DNA of 64,000 nucleotides from an uncultured virus (IMG/VR IMGVR_UViG_3300042542_004481) (IMGVR_UViG_3300042542_004481:1-64000), one strand, 5' to 3'; positions 16,447-26,477 are shown, counted from the stretch's first letter. The notes: a model not told the origin generated them from the sequence alone. Translations and numbers: made by a program.

Positions 16447-17013
16447 ATGACACACAAAATAATAACCACAGAAAACTATCTACTTGTTGTAGATGATTCA
16501 GAGATTAAATATAAAACTTGGTATCTTGATGATGCTAAACAAGTTAGACAATGTGTAGTTTTAGATACTGACTATTGGAAATCAAGGAAAGATTACAAAA
16601 AAATCATAGCGCACTTACCACTGAACAACTCACCAATACTTGAAGGTGTTGACTTGCTTCCACCACTTGAAGATGAGGTTGAGAAGTTGGCTGATGAATT
16701 TAAAAATTCATATAAAAAGGTTGGTGTTACTGATTATGAAGTTTCATCATTTACTATAGGGTATAACAAAGCCAAAGAGAAATATAAGTACACAGAAGAG
16801 CATATTCTTGATGCTTGGGAATTAGGAGCTTCAGAAGGACTGCCATTAACAAGGGAAAAAAAGAATAATTTAATTAAGCACCTACAACAACCAAAGATGC
16901 CTGTTGGGTTTGAGTGTGAGATGGATTATGTGCCATCAACATTTAATATTTGGGAAAAAACAATAATCAACTCACAAGGTCTTACTCAATGGGTAGGAGA
17001 ATATATTTATTAA
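16447..17013 (+). CDS. Hypothetical protein with atypical composition
   Basis: 188-aa ORF; KKIIAHLPLNNSPILEGVDLLPP. Confidence 0.7.
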   Translation: MTHKIITTENYLLVVDDSEIKYKTWYLDDAKQVRQCVVLDTDYWKSRKDYKKIIAHLPLNNSPILEGVDLLPPLEDEVEKLADEFKNSYKKVGVTDYEVSSFTIGYNKAKEKYKYTEEHILDAWELGASEGLPLTREKKNNLIKHLQQPKMPVGFECEMDYVPSTFNIWEKTIINSQGLTQWVGEYIY

Positions 17014-17315
17014 GAAAGGCCTTCCTGAACATTAGCCGGGATCTCTACCTCTTCCATCTTTGTAGCACCTTGTTCTTTGGCTGAAGATTCAATCTCTAAC
17101 ATCAGGATGGTAAGAGTCTGGATATGATATTCAAACTCGTTCTCTGCCTGTTTTTTTTCCTTAAGCTTTTGCATGGCAGCTACTAGTTCTTCCTGAGATT
17201 TACTTTGGGAATAGTGTATAGTAAGCTGCTGAAGACGGGCATAGAAATGACCCGGGATCTCAATAGTTATCTTAGCGTCGAAAGGAATAGTCTCGATTGA
17301 TTGTTTGTTTGTCAT
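17010..17315 (-). CDS. Hypothetical protein on the opposite strand
   Basis: Fills the gap between + genes; convergent TTAA stop overlap. Confidence 0.7.
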   Translation of the reverse strand: MTNKQSIETIPFDAKITIEIPGHFYARLQQLTIHYSQSKSQEELVAAMQKLKEKKQAENEFEYHIQTLTILMLEIESSAKEQGATKMEEVEIPANVQEGLS

Positions 17316-17358
17316 GGCGCTAAAGTAAAAACAAATCTTAAACTTTACAAGTGTAAAA

Positions 17359-18078
17359 ATGAGTAACCCAACAAGTGTAAACTTAGAAGAAGTACAGCTT
17401 AAACTTTATGAAAGACTCAAGCCATCAGGCTGGGCAGATAAGCTTAAAGGATTTCTTCTTAGTGATGATTTTAAAAAGATTCTGGAGACATTAGCAGACG
17501 AAGTGAGAAACAACCAGCGATTTACTCCCCAGATTAAACAACTCTTCAGAGCATTTGAAGAGTGTCCCTATAGCGAACTAAAGGTAGTTATGGTAGGGCA
17601 AGATCCTTATCCTTACCCGGGCGTAGCCGATGGGATAGCTTTTTCTTGTGCCAATGACGGCCGAGTGCAAGCTTCTTTACGGTATATGTTCAAAGAGATA
17701 GAAGATACTGTCTATCCTATGGAAGGATACGAATGGAACCCGGATCTGGCTAGATGGTCAAATCAGGGTATCCTAATAATCAATACGTCTTTAACAACAA
17801 CTATTAACAAGATAGGTCAACACTATGCCTTATGGCAACCCTTTATTGCATATGTACTTGACATCCTGGCCTTTAATAATCCGGGTTTAGTCTACGTGTT
17901 TATGGGTAAGAAAGCTCAAGAGTGGATGAAGTCTATACCAGATAACAACTGGAAGATAGCTTGCAATCATCCTGCCTCGGCAGCTCATGCTCAATCAGAA
18001 ACATGGGACTCCGGTGACATGTTCAATAAGGTAAAGGACCTGGTCAAAAAACATTATGCCTATGAAATCAAATGGTAA
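17359..18078 (+). CDS. ung: Uracil-DNA glycosylase, family 1
   Basis: GQDPY, GIAFS, WSNQGIL, HPAS motifs. Confidence 0.93.
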   Translation: MSNPTSVNLEEVQLKLYERLKPSGWADKLKGFLLSDDFKKILETLADEVRNNQRFTPQIKQLFRAFEECPYSELKVVMVGQDPYPYPGVADGIAFSCANDGRVQASLRYMFKEIEDTVYPMEGYEWNPDLARWSNQGILIINTSLTTTINKIGQHYALWQPFIAYVLDILAFNNPGLVYVFMGKKAQEWMKSIPDNNWKIACNHPASAAHAQSETWDSGDMFNKVKDLVKKHYAYEIKW

Positions 18079-19759
18079 TAGCAACAAGAAGATGTCTCCA
18101 TCAGAAGTAAGCGACTGGATGCATAAATCTAGGGTGGCTCCTTTATGGAAAAAGAGAACCGCTGAGTATCTGAAGAGAAAACTTATTACCATGGATCAGA
18201 TGTTGACCTTGAATAAGATGATTGACTCTAAAGATCCTGACAGCCGTAATCTTTTCTTAGAGGTGGTTGCTCAGATCCTTAAAGAGAATCTAGTAATAGG
18301 TCTAAACGATGGGCAGAAAAAAGCCTTTGAGCAGATTACAGATTATACCAGTTTACCCTTCCCTGGATTTTTAGATGAAGGAGCTGAGGCTTTTCCTCAA
18401 GGCTTCGTACTAAAAGGTTACGCCGGTACCGGTAAGACATTCTTAATAAAGCGTGTTATAGAATACATATGTAACACGGACACCAATGCTAAAATTGCTA
18501 TCGGTGCTCCAACAAACAAAGCTGTACAGGTTTTGTATAAGAGCTCTGGAGCAAATGCTACTGGTCATAAAGGGTATGTCTTTGAAGATATCTTTGATAA
18601 GAATGCTCGGATTGTGTACAGTACTATTCACAAACTCTTAGGTTTAAAAGAAACCATAACGGATAAAGGTGAGCAATTATTTCTAGAAGATTCTATGAAT
18701 GATAGCGAGCTTAGTAAGTTTAGTTATCTTATCGTAGATGAGGTATCTATGTTGGACGATGATCTTTGCAAAAAGATTATGCAATACTCTGACAGAATAA
18801 AGATCATATTTATGGGTGATCCTGCTCAGATTCCTCCGGTAAAAAGAAAAGATGCTCTTCCTCTAAAGAATCCTCAAGATCACTCTTATAGATTCTTGTA
18901 TGGAGAGCTTACGGAAATTATGCGTCAGCAAGGAGAACATCCTATAGTAGATGCATCCTTTGCTATAAGAACAAGTCTCCATGATCCGGAACCTTTGACT
19001 GATATTAAAACACAGCTCAATGATAAGGGTCATGGGATAATCAGAATCAATCTCTCTACAGAGAAAGACAAGATCAAACCGATACTAAAACAGTACTTCG
19101 ATACGCCAGAGTTTGCTGAAAACAATGACCACATGCGAGTAATCGCCTGGAAAAATGCTACAGTAGAATACATAAACAGCGTAGTAAGGGAACTGATCTA
19201 TGGTAAAAATCCTGAAAGGTTTATTGTAGGCGAAAAGCTAATAGCTAAGAAACCTATATCTGAAAAACTAAAATCGGATAAAGATCATAGTTGGGATTAT
19301 TGGAAAGTAGTATACCCTACTTCAGAAGAACTAACCGTAGAAGAAGTATGTGAAGATTATATTACTATTCAAGAAGGAGACTTTAAGCTTAAAGCAAAAG
19401 TATATGAGCTAGATGTTAGCTCGGTAAATGTGTTCACAGGATCTGTGATAAGCCGGTATATAAATGTAATCCATGAAGATAGCGAGATTGCTTATAAGAA
19501 TCTCTTAGAAAAAGCCAGACAAAAAGCTATGTCTACAAAAAAAGGTATAGACTGGGTAATCTATTTCAATCTTATGAAGTGGTCAGCTGAAGTGATGTAT
19601 GGATATGCTATTACTGCTCACAAATCTCAAGGATCAACATACAAGAATGTCATGATCATGGAATCTGACGTAGATGCTAACAATAAAATAGTGGAAAGAA
19701 ACCGGATAAAGTATACAGCTTATTCCAGAGCAACAGACGTACTCTTTGTGGTAAAGTAA
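18056..19759 (+). CDS. Superfamily 1 helicase (Dda/RecD-like)
   Basis: GYAGTGKT, APTNKA, TIHKLL, VDEVSM, GDPAQIPPV, YAITAHKSQGST, YTAYSRA. Confidence 0.9.
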   Translation: MPMKSNGNSNKKMSPSEVSDWMHKSRVAPLWKKRTAEYLKRKLITMDQMLTLNKMIDSKDPDSRNLFLEVVAQILKENLVIGLNDGQKKAFEQITDYTSLPFPGFLDEGAEAFPQGFVLKGYAGTGKTFLIKRVIEYICNTDTNAKIAIGAPTNKAVQVLYKSSGANATGHKGYVFEDIFDKNARIVYSTIHKLLGLKETITDKGEQLFLEDSMNDSELSKFSYLIVDEVSMLDDDLCKKIMQYSDRIKIIFMGDPAQIPPVKRKDALPLKNPQDHSYRFLYGELTEIMRQQGEHPIVDASFAIRTSLHDPEPLTDIKTQLNDKGHGIIRINLSTEKDKIKPILKQYFDTPEFAENNDHMRVIAWKNATVEYINSVVRELIYGKNPERFIVGEKLIAKKPISEKLKSDKDHSWDYWKVVYPTSEELTVEEVCEDYITIQEGDFKLKAKVYELDVSSVNVFTGSVISRYINVIHEDSEIAYKNLLEKARQKAMSTKKGIDWVIYFNLMKWSAEVMYGYAITAHKSQGSTYKNVMIMESDVDANNKIVERNRIKYTAYSRATDVLFVVK

Positions 19760-20170
19760 TCAGTGCACTATAAAGTAGGCAAGGGATGCTCCTAGTACGA
19801 TGCTAGAAGATAACCAGCCGATCTTTAACCAGCGCTTTTGGTTATTAGCCACAGAGAGTTTCTCTGTTAAGTCTGCTATGTCTTGTTCTTTAATCTTAAT
19901 GATGCGATCTTTAATAGCAGACTGAGTGTTGAGCATCGCGATCTCGCGATCTTTTTCTTTGACAAGGCTATCTCTGTTATCTAATTTAGCATTGGCTACG
20001 GACAATAAAGTATCGCAGGCTCTCCCTTCTACAATGCTGGCGGCAATGTAGCGTAACTCTGTTAAGCCGTAACACTTAACGGTATCTGGACTTGTACTTC
20101 CAGTTTGCGCGTATAATGGAGTCCAGCTCATCAGGAGAAGCGTCAGAAAGAATAAACTTGATTTTATCAC
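19760..20170 (-). CDS. Exported coiled-coil protein with a C-terminal TM helix (spanin-like candidate)
   Basis: N-terminal signal peptide, coiled coil, hydrophobic C-terminus. Confidence 0.55.
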   Translation of the reverse strand: MIKSSLFFLTLLLMSWTPLYAQTGSTSPDTVKCYGLTELRYIAASIVEGRACDTLLSVANAKLDNRDSLVKEKDREIAMLNTQSAIKDRIIKIKEQDIADLTEKLSVANNQKRWLKIGWLSSSIVLGASLAYFIVH

Positions 20171-20402
20171 GTGTTCTATAAATTATAGGTGTCTCAATAT
20201 TCTTTAAGCTATCGTAAGATTTCTCAAGCTTGTTTTGCAAAACTTTGCTAGAATCTATACGACGTTGCAATATAAGCAAAGAATCTCTTAAGAGCTTTTC
20301 ATCTTTAGAAGGATCTGGCTTGTTAGACTTTTCAAAAAATATAAAAAGCAACAGACCTATGATGCTACAAACTAAAACGAGTATGAGAAACTTTTCTTTC
20401 AT
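20076..20402 (-). CDS. N-terminally anchored coiled-coil protein (i-spanin-like candidate)
   Basis: MKEKFLILVLVCSIIGLLLFIFF TM segment, then coiled coil; overlaps the downstream gene. Confidence 0.55.
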   Translation of the reverse strand: MKEKFLILVLVCSIIGLLLFIFFEKSNKPDPSKDEKLLRDSLLILQRRIDSSKVLQNKLEKSYDSLKNIETPIIYRTRDKIKFILSDASPDELDSIIRANWKYKSRYR

Positions 20403-20547
20403 AGTTTTATTTGTAGCGATATTCCCGTGGGAAAAGATCGACAAGGGAATAATCGCTACCTTGCTGGCCCTATTTACCAGATTTGTCGATCAGGAGACTA
20501 GGTATTCTAGTATACTAAAAAAAGATTAAACCACCAAAAAAAGTAAT

Positions 20548-21036
20548 ATGGCTATTATAAATAATGTGGAAAGCGAAGCGAAAGGAATGATTGCAATCTT
20601 TAAAAAAGATTTCTTTGAAAAGTTTGGGGTATATCCAGACGTATACTACAATCTTATACCAGATGAACCAAGAAAATCAGTAAGCTTAAAAGCTTTTGAA
20701 GAGCTTGTAAATCAAGTATACGAAAGTGTTTTCCCAAATAGCTGTTATGAAGGAGGTATTCGGAGTAGGAAAAGGAAGAGAGAAATAGTAATCTTTAGAC
20801 AACTATTCTTTAGCCTGGCTCAGGAAATGGGATTTGGCCCAAGTTATCTGGGTTGCTTTTTAAATTTTGATCATGCTACAGTAATACACTCTAGAAAAGC
20901 TATAAGAAATCTTCTAGATTCAAACGATAGAGATACAGTTCTTTACCATAACCTTGTAAAAGATGCCTTTAAAAAAAGATTTAGCCCTGATGGAAATGTT
21001 TTCCAAAATATCGGAAGCCGGGCTGACACCGAATGA
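20548..21036 (+). CDS. Protein with a DnaA C-terminal HTH-like domain
   Basis: SRKRKREIVIFRQL...LG..LNFDHATVIHS matches the DnaA domain IV signature. Confidence 0.75.
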   Translation: MAIINNVESEAKGMIAIFKKDFFEKFGVYPDVYYNLIPDEPRKSVSLKAFEELVNQVYESVFPNSCYEGGIRSRKRKREIVIFRQLFFSLAQEMGFGPSYLGCFLNFDHATVIHSRKAIRNLLDSNDRDTVLYHNLVKDAFKKRFSPDGNVFQNIGSRADTE

Positions 21037-21571
21037 GTTTTATTTGTTGTGCTGCATGCGAGAAAACGTTGGAGCACAGCATATCAATATCCATCAAGAC
21101 CTAAGGACTCTACAGGAGAAAGATTGGATTGCTGAAAACATGATGCTTCAACCTAAAGCTATGAGCCTTCTTGCTGTAGTAGATAGTTTCTTTAAGGTTC
21201 ATAAGAAGAAGACAAGTACTCAACTACTAGGCAAAGAGTTTACCGATAACATGGTTAAGTACAACGAGTTATTCCCGAAGAAGAAAGCGGGTAGCGGAAA
21301 GTATATGCGCTCTAGTATAAAAAATATAGAGACAGCTTTTCGATGGTTTTTTGAGAACCATGATTATACATGGGATGTCATCATAGAAGCCACAACAAAA
21401 TATCTCTTACAACAAGAGGTAGAAAACTACAAGTTTACCCGGACATCTGTATATTTTATACGCAAGCATGATAAGGGTATTGTGGGATCAGATTTAGCAG
21501 ACTGGTGCGAGATTACAAAGTCCGGAGAAGATCCTGATGAAAGCAAAATATTTACAGAAAAGGTAGTGTAA
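20963..21571 (+). CDS. Hypothetical replication-region protein
   Basis: LTPNEFYLL N-terminus; YNELFP; lies just upstream of DnaB; true start may be 20990. Confidence 0.65.
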   Translation: MPLKKDLALMEMFSKISEAGLTPNEFYLLCCMRENVGAQHINIHQDLRTLQEKDWIAENMMLQPKAMSLLAVVDSFFKVHKKKTSTQLLGKEFTDNMVKYNELFPKKKAGSGKYMRSSIKNIETAFRWFFENHDYTWDVIIEATTKYLLQQEVENYKFTRTSVYFIRKHDKGIVGSDLADWCEITKSGEDPDESKIFTEKVV

Positions 21572-21618
21572 CACTCTGATAATCAAAGAGATTATTATTT
21601 CACAAAATACTTTTCATA

Positions 21619-21650
21619 TTTGTTTTTAGAAGGTTGTTTTATTACGTTTG
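21619..21650 (+). promoter_or_regulatory. Bacteroidota sigma-A promoter (-33/-7)
   Basis: TTTG(21619-22)-N20-TACGTTTG(21643-50) upstream of dnaB. Confidence 0.7.
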
Positions 21651-21731
21651 CTAAGGGAAATAATCAAATATTTACTGTGATGCCTAAAGTGTATTTATGA
21701 TACGCTAAGGGCATTGTCGCCACTAAAAAAA

Positions 21732-22748
21732 ATGAGTGAGTCTAATTACAGAAAAAGAAGCTGGAAACCTCAGAAGGATGCCTATCAACAGGCTCTAGAT
21801 TACATGATGGGGCGGAAGGAAGGTACAATTACGAGTATAAAGACTCCATGGCCCAAGTTCAATGATGCTACCGCCGACGGCATCGAGTGGAACTCTACAA
21901 CAGTAATTGCTGCAAGACCGGCTACAGGTAAAACTCTAATCAAAGATCAGATAGTTAGAGATGCTTTTGATCTCAATCCTGATACAAAGTTTAGAGTACT
22001 TGAGTTTAGCCTGGAAATGGTAGGCAGAGTATCATCGATGAGATCTTTCTCAGCATTTATTGGAAGACCTTATAAGTATTTGTGTAGTGCTGATGGTGTA
22101 TTGTCAAACGAAGATTTGGCAGTTTGCTACGACTATGCAAAGAAAATGGTTCAGTTACCGATAGATGTAATCGATGAGCCTTGTACTGTCAACGAGTTTA
22201 GGCAAACTATTGCCGAGTATATGGACGCCTATTCTATTGAAAAGAAAGATAAGGATGGCAAAGTCCATAGAGAATACACAAAAACAATTATCACCCTTGA
22301 CCACTCACTTCTACTTAAAAAAGCACCCTTTGAGAAAGACAAACTTGATACTCTATTTGCACTCGGAGAAGCACTCACAGATCTTAAACGTAAATACCCG
22401 ATAGCGTTTATAGTCCTAAGCCAACTCAATCGTGATATCGATAGACCCGAAAGAAACGAAGATGGAAAATATGGTAATCATATTTTAGAATCTGATATCT
22501 ATGGTGCAGATGCTTTACTTCAACATGCTGATACCCTGATTGGGGTAAACCGTCCTGCTAAACAGAAGATAAGATTCTATGGTGTAGAGAGATATGTTAT
22601 AGAGGATATGTCGGTACTGGTCTTTCACTTTATCAAAGCTCGTAATGGAGATACCCGAATGTCTTTTATGCGAGCAGAGTTTGATAAGATGAGGGTATCA
22701 GAGATGCCCACCCCAGCAACTCAAGAACGTAAACTAACAGTAAAGTAA
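21732..22748 (+). CDS. dnaB: DnaB-like replicative helicase
   Basis: AARPATGKT, FSLEM, LDH, LSQLNR, QHAD, KARNG. Confidence 0.92.
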   Translation: MSESNYRKRSWKPQKDAYQQALDYMMGRKEGTITSIKTPWPKFNDATADGIEWNSTTVIAARPATGKTLIKDQIVRDAFDLNPDTKFRVLEFSLEMVGRVSSMRSFSAFIGRPYKYLCSADGVLSNEDLAVCYDYAKKMVQLPIDVIDEPCTVNEFRQTIAEYMDAYSIEKKDKDGKVHREYTKTIITLDHSLLLKKAPFEKDKLDTLFALGEALTDLKRKYPIAFIVLSQLNRDIDRPERNEDGKYGNHILESDIYGADALLQHADTLIGVNRPAKQKIRFYGVERYVIEDMSVLVFHFIKARNGDTRMSFMRAEFDKMRVSEMPTPATQERKLTVK

Positions 22749-22749
22749 A

Positions 22750-23298
22750 ATGAGTATTTCAACAGTAGAAAAACCAGAAGACAAAAGGGAAAAGCTTCGC
22801 ATGTTGCGAGAGTTTCACAAACCAACCTTCGATGCTCTTGGAGTGCATGAGCCTTTGTTCATACCGAAGCTGGCTTATAAGCCACCGGGATGGGCAGAGA
22901 AAGCTATCGCATTCTTTGCTAGTGAAATCGGTAGAGGAATGGACATCTATGTAGAGTTTACAGAATCGGATTACAGTCCTATGGATCCAGATAGACGCCT
23001 ATACAAATGGCGTTATAATCCTAACTATAGGGAAGAGTATGAGATTCAAGAGACTAATACATCGATAAGGTATTTTATACCGGTATCAGAATTGATTCTG
23101 ATAAAGTCCAACTCCGCAGATATTCTAGTCGAAGAGCACGCTAAAGGAAGCATCGAACTTAAAGCCGATGTTTCTTTGATTAGTGATGAAGACGTAAAGC
23201 TCACTGATGCTACAATTCGGGATCTTGCCGCGGTGCTTCTAAAGAAGCCTGTGAGCAAGAAGAAGTGGTTAAATGACTTAATCAATAAATCAGTATGA
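22750..23298 (+). CDS. Hypothetical protein
   Basis: 182-aa ORF in the replication operon. Confidence 0.75.
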   Translation: MSISTVEKPEDKREKLRMLREFHKPTFDALGVHEPLFIPKLAYKPPGWAEKAIAFFASEIGRGMDIYVEFTESDYSPMDPDRRLYKWRYNPNYREEYEIQETNTSIRYFIPVSELILIKSNSADILVEEHAKGSIELKADVSLISDEDVKLTDATIRDLAAVLLKKPVSKKKWLNDLINKSV

Positions 23299-24047
23299 GC
23301 GAAAAGACAAAGATTGTACTGCCTACAAAGAAAGTAGAAGCAGCACAGAAAAGCCCGAAGAATCTTATTGTATTTTCTAAGCCTAAAGTAGGCAAGACTA
23401 GTCTGTTTGCGCAGCTAGATGACTGTCTTATCTTGGACTTGGAGCACGGAACAGACTATGTTGATGCGATGAAGATCAAGGCTAGTTCTGTAGAGGATAT
23501 CAAAGAAATAGGCGAAGCTATTATAGAACAGGGAAAACCATACAAGTATATCGCAGTAGATACTATTACTGCGCTAGAAGAGATGTGTATTCCTTACGCT
23601 GAGCTTATATATTCTCGAACCTCTATGGGTAAGAACTGGTACTCTAAGCTTAAACCAGAGTATGGATCAATCTTAAATATGCCTAACGGCGCAGGATATC
23701 CATACTTAAGAGAAGCTTTTACCAAGATCATTGAGTATATCAAGACCTGGGCACCTAGAGTTATCCTGATTGGACATATCAAAGATGTAATGTTAGAAAA
23801 GGCAGGAGCTGATTTTAACAGTATGGATCTTGATCTGACAGGTAAACTTAAGAGAATAACAAGCTCGCAGTCTGATGCAATCGGTTATCTTTACAGAAAG
23901 GGTAACCAGAATATCCTTAGTTTCAAAACTACAGATGAAGTATCTTGTGGTGCAAGACCCGAACACTTGCGCAATAAGGAAATCGTCATCTCTGAAATGA
24001 CCGATAAAGGTTTGGTTACAAACTGGGATAAAGTATATATCGATTAA
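23295..24047 (+). CDS. AAA_24 / Sak4-like ATPase
   Basis: SKPKVGKT, LDLE, VDTIT, GAGY, LIGH. Confidence 0.82.
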   Translation: MSEKTKIVLPTKKVEAAQKSPKNLIVFSKPKVGKTSLFAQLDDCLILDLEHGTDYVDAMKIKASSVEDIKEIGEAIIEQGKPYKYIAVDTITALEEMCIPYAELIYSRTSMGKNWYSKLKPEYGSILNMPNGAGYPYLREAFTKIIEYIKTWAPRVILIGHIKDVMLEKAGADFNSMDLDLTGKLKRITSSQSDAIGYLYRKGNQNILSFKTTDEVSCGARPEHLRNKEIVISEMTDKGLVTNWDKVYID

Positions 24048-24065
24048 CCATCAACATAAAATAAC

Positions 24066-24749
24066 ATGCTTAGTACAAAAGATGTAAAAGCTGGAGGCGG
24101 GTCCTCTTTGCCTAAGATTATCCAACCAGGTAATCACAAAGTAAAAATTAATAAGGTAGAGCTTGAAGATTTCAAATTCAAGCCGGGCGCTGTTCACCTT
24201 ATCCTTCATGTAGAAGGAGAAGATCTTGGTGCTGATTTCCAAGGTTTCTTCATCAACAAAGACGACGAGTCTCTCGGTCGATATAAAGGTCAAGTTGCAA
24301 GACTTAAAGCAACTGAATGGGCTTTTGCTGATGGTCAGACAAAAAGCGGTATCGAAGTAAGCCGAGATATGGACGTGCTGAGATTTCTAAAGAATCTGTG
24401 TCTTGAACTTAATAGTCTTAAGTGGTTTGAAGATCAAGATGGCAAGCACAGCACCATACAATCTTTGGTAGAAGCTTTCAATAATGATAAGCCTTTCAAA
24501 GATAAGTGGCTGAACGTTTGTATCGGAGGTAAGGAATATACAAACAAAGAAGGCTATACAAGCTATGATTTGTTCTTACCTAAATTTAGCAAATCAGGTG
24601 TACCTTTTGAAGGTGTAGGAAAAGCTAAGAACCGTGTAATGGTTTTTAAAGAATCCGAACACATCAAGAAGAAAGCCGTAGAAAATGTCAGCGGTTTTGG
24701 TGCAGAAGGTGGCAATGAAGGAGCTGTAGACTCAGCTTTCAAGCTATAA
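24066..24749 (+). CDS. Putative single-stranded DNA-binding protein
   Basis: Follows the Sak4-like gene; PGNHKVKINKVE beta pattern; acidic Gly-rich tail. Confidence 0.55.
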   Translation: MLSTKDVKAGGGSSLPKIIQPGNHKVKINKVELEDFKFKPGAVHLILHVEGEDLGADFQGFFINKDDESLGRYKGQVARLKATEWAFADGQTKSGIEVSRDMDVLRFLKNLCLELNSLKWFEDQDGKHSTIQSLVEAFNNDKPFKDKWLNVCIGGKEYTNKEGYTSYDLFLPKFSKSGVPFEGVGKAKNRVMVFKESEHIKKKAVENVSGFGAEGGNEGAVDSAFKL

Positions 24750-24765
24750 GTAAAAACCAATAATG

Positions 24766-24794
24766 AAGGGGAGGGCGAGAGCTCTCCCCTTTTT
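24766..24794 (+). terminator. Rho-independent terminator
   Basis: AAGGGGAGGGC-GAGA-GCTCTCCCCTT followed by a T run. Confidence 0.8.
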
Positions 24795-24799
24795 ATATT

Positions 24800-25792
24800 A
24801 TGCTACGTACAAAATCTCTCATATCGCAACTTGCAGATATCCCAAGAGAATGGGTATTTGAATACTACTTAAAGCTGGAAGAAAAACTTACAGGACAAGA
24901 TATAAAGATGACCTCGGTATTTAATCCCGGGGAAAAGAATCCATCTATGTTTGTCTATTACGCTAAGAGCGCTGCAGCTTATAAGTTCAAAGATTTTTCT
25001 TCACAAGATAAATCTGGAGATGGTGTAACTCTTGTACAAATTATGTTTAATCTCACCACAAGAGGTGAGGCTGCTCATAAAATTATTCAAGACTATAACC
25101 AATGGATGCTTACAAATAGTGAAGACTATGCTCTTCGCGAGTTTAAGATCCGGAGTAAATACAAGGTAACAGAGTTTACCGCACGTGGCTGGAATACCTT
25201 AGATAAAAACTATTGGACAAAGTATGGTATAACCTCGAAGATACTTGAGTATTATAACGTAACTCCTTTAGAGGAATATAAAATGACTAAGGAAGAAGAG
25301 GGAGAAACAAAAGAGCTAGTGATCAAAGGTCAATATATCTATGGTTATTTCAGAGAAGATGGAACTCTATATAAAATCTATCAGCCTAAAGTAACAGACA
25401 ATAAGTTTATCAAGGTCAAGGAATATATCCAAGGCACAGATCAACTTACTTATTCTAAAGAGTATCTGGTAATATGTAGTTCTCTAAAGGACATGATGTC
25501 TCTTAACAGATTAGGCTTTAGTAATATTGAATCTGTTGCGCCGGATAGTGAGAACACTCTTATCAGTGAAAATGTCATTGCTTCTTACAAGAGTAAATAT
25601 AAAGGGGTATGTACTCTTTTTGATAACGATCCTGCTGGTATAAAATCTATGGAGAAGTACAAAGAAAGATATGATATCCCGTCTGCTCATTTACCAATGA
25701 GTAAAGATCTATCTGATTCTGTAAAGGATTACGGTATCGAAAAGGTAAGAGAAGAGCTGATCCCTTTACTACGTAAAACACTTAAAATTTAA
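24800..25792 (+). CDS. DNA primase (Toprim), crAss-type
   Basis: EKNPSM, YKFKDFS, KIYQP, SSLKD, APDSE, LFDNDPAG, KDLSD. Confidence 0.85.
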   Translation: MLRTKSLISQLADIPREWVFEYYLKLEEKLTGQDIKMTSVFNPGEKNPSMFVYYAKSAAAYKFKDFSSQDKSGDGVTLVQIMFNLTTRGEAAHKIIQDYNQWMLTNSEDYALREFKIRSKYKVTEFTARGWNTLDKNYWTKYGITSKILEYYNVTPLEEYKMTKEEEGETKELVIKGQYIYGYFREDGTLYKIYQPKVTDNKFIKVKEYIQGTDQLTYSKEYLVICSSLKDMMSLNRLGFSNIESVAPDSENTLISENVIASYKSKYKGVCTLFDNDPAGIKSMEKYKERYDIPSAHLPMSKDLSDSVKDYGIEKVREELIPLLRKTLKI

Positions 25793-25797
25793 AAGAC

Positions 25798-25974
25798 ATG
25801 TACAAAGTACAAGGAGAGCTTCTTCTTTCTTGCAAAAGAGCTACAGAAAGACTGATAGACTTACTAATAGACGAGCTAAGGAGGCACCCTTCTGAAAAGA
25901 AAAAGCTCTTAAAAGAATTGTCTAAAGCTCAAAATATTTTAGAAGAGCTTAAACGTTACAATCTTGAATCATGA
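25798..25974 (+). CDS. Small hypothetical protein (58 aa), absent from the ORF track
   Basis: ATG 25798 MYKVQGELL...YNLES; ATGA overlap with the next gene. Confidence 0.6.
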   Translation: MYKVQGELLLSCKRATERLIDLLIDELRRHPSEKKKLLKELSKAQNILEELKRYNLES

Positions 25975-26477
25975 GTAAGATATATATCGGTATAGATATC
26001 GGTAAATCTGGAGCTATTGCAGTAATGTATGATGACAAGATTGTCACCTATAACATGCCTAAGATAGCCAACGAGCTAGATTACCATGAGTTGAACAGAC
26101 TGCTTAGAACTTTTTGTAGCAATAGTGAAAAGCCTCATGTAGTATTCGAAAAGCTAGGAGTAATCTTCGGCTCAGGTAAATCTACAGCGTTTTCTATGGG
26201 TCATCAGTCAGGTGCGGTAGAAATGGCTTGCGTAGCTAATAACATCCCTTACACAAAAGTAAGAGCTGTCGATTGGCAGAAGCAAATGTTTCAAGGCGTA
26301 CAAGAAATAACCAAGACAGGATCTTCTAAGAAAGATACTAAGGCTATGGCTTTGGTAGCAATCAAAAGAATATTCCCTAACCTAAAACTCACCTTTGGAG
26401 ATAGAGCTTCTAAACCACACGATGGTCTAGTAGATGCTGTACTAATGGCAGAATATGCAAGAAGAAATAATTTATGA
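25971..26477 (+). CDS. RuvC-like Holliday junction resolvase
   Basis: IGIDIGKSGAIA, VFE, AFSMG, WQKQM, HDGLVDAVLMA. Confidence 0.85.
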   Translation: MSKIYIGIDIGKSGAIAVMYDDKIVTYNMPKIANELDYHELNRLLRTFCSNSEKPHVVFEKLGVIFGSGKSTAFSMGHQSGAVEMACVANNIPYTKVRAVDWQKQMFQGVQEITKTGSSKKDTKAMALVAIKRIFPNLKLTFGDRASKPHDGLVDAVLMAEYARRNNL

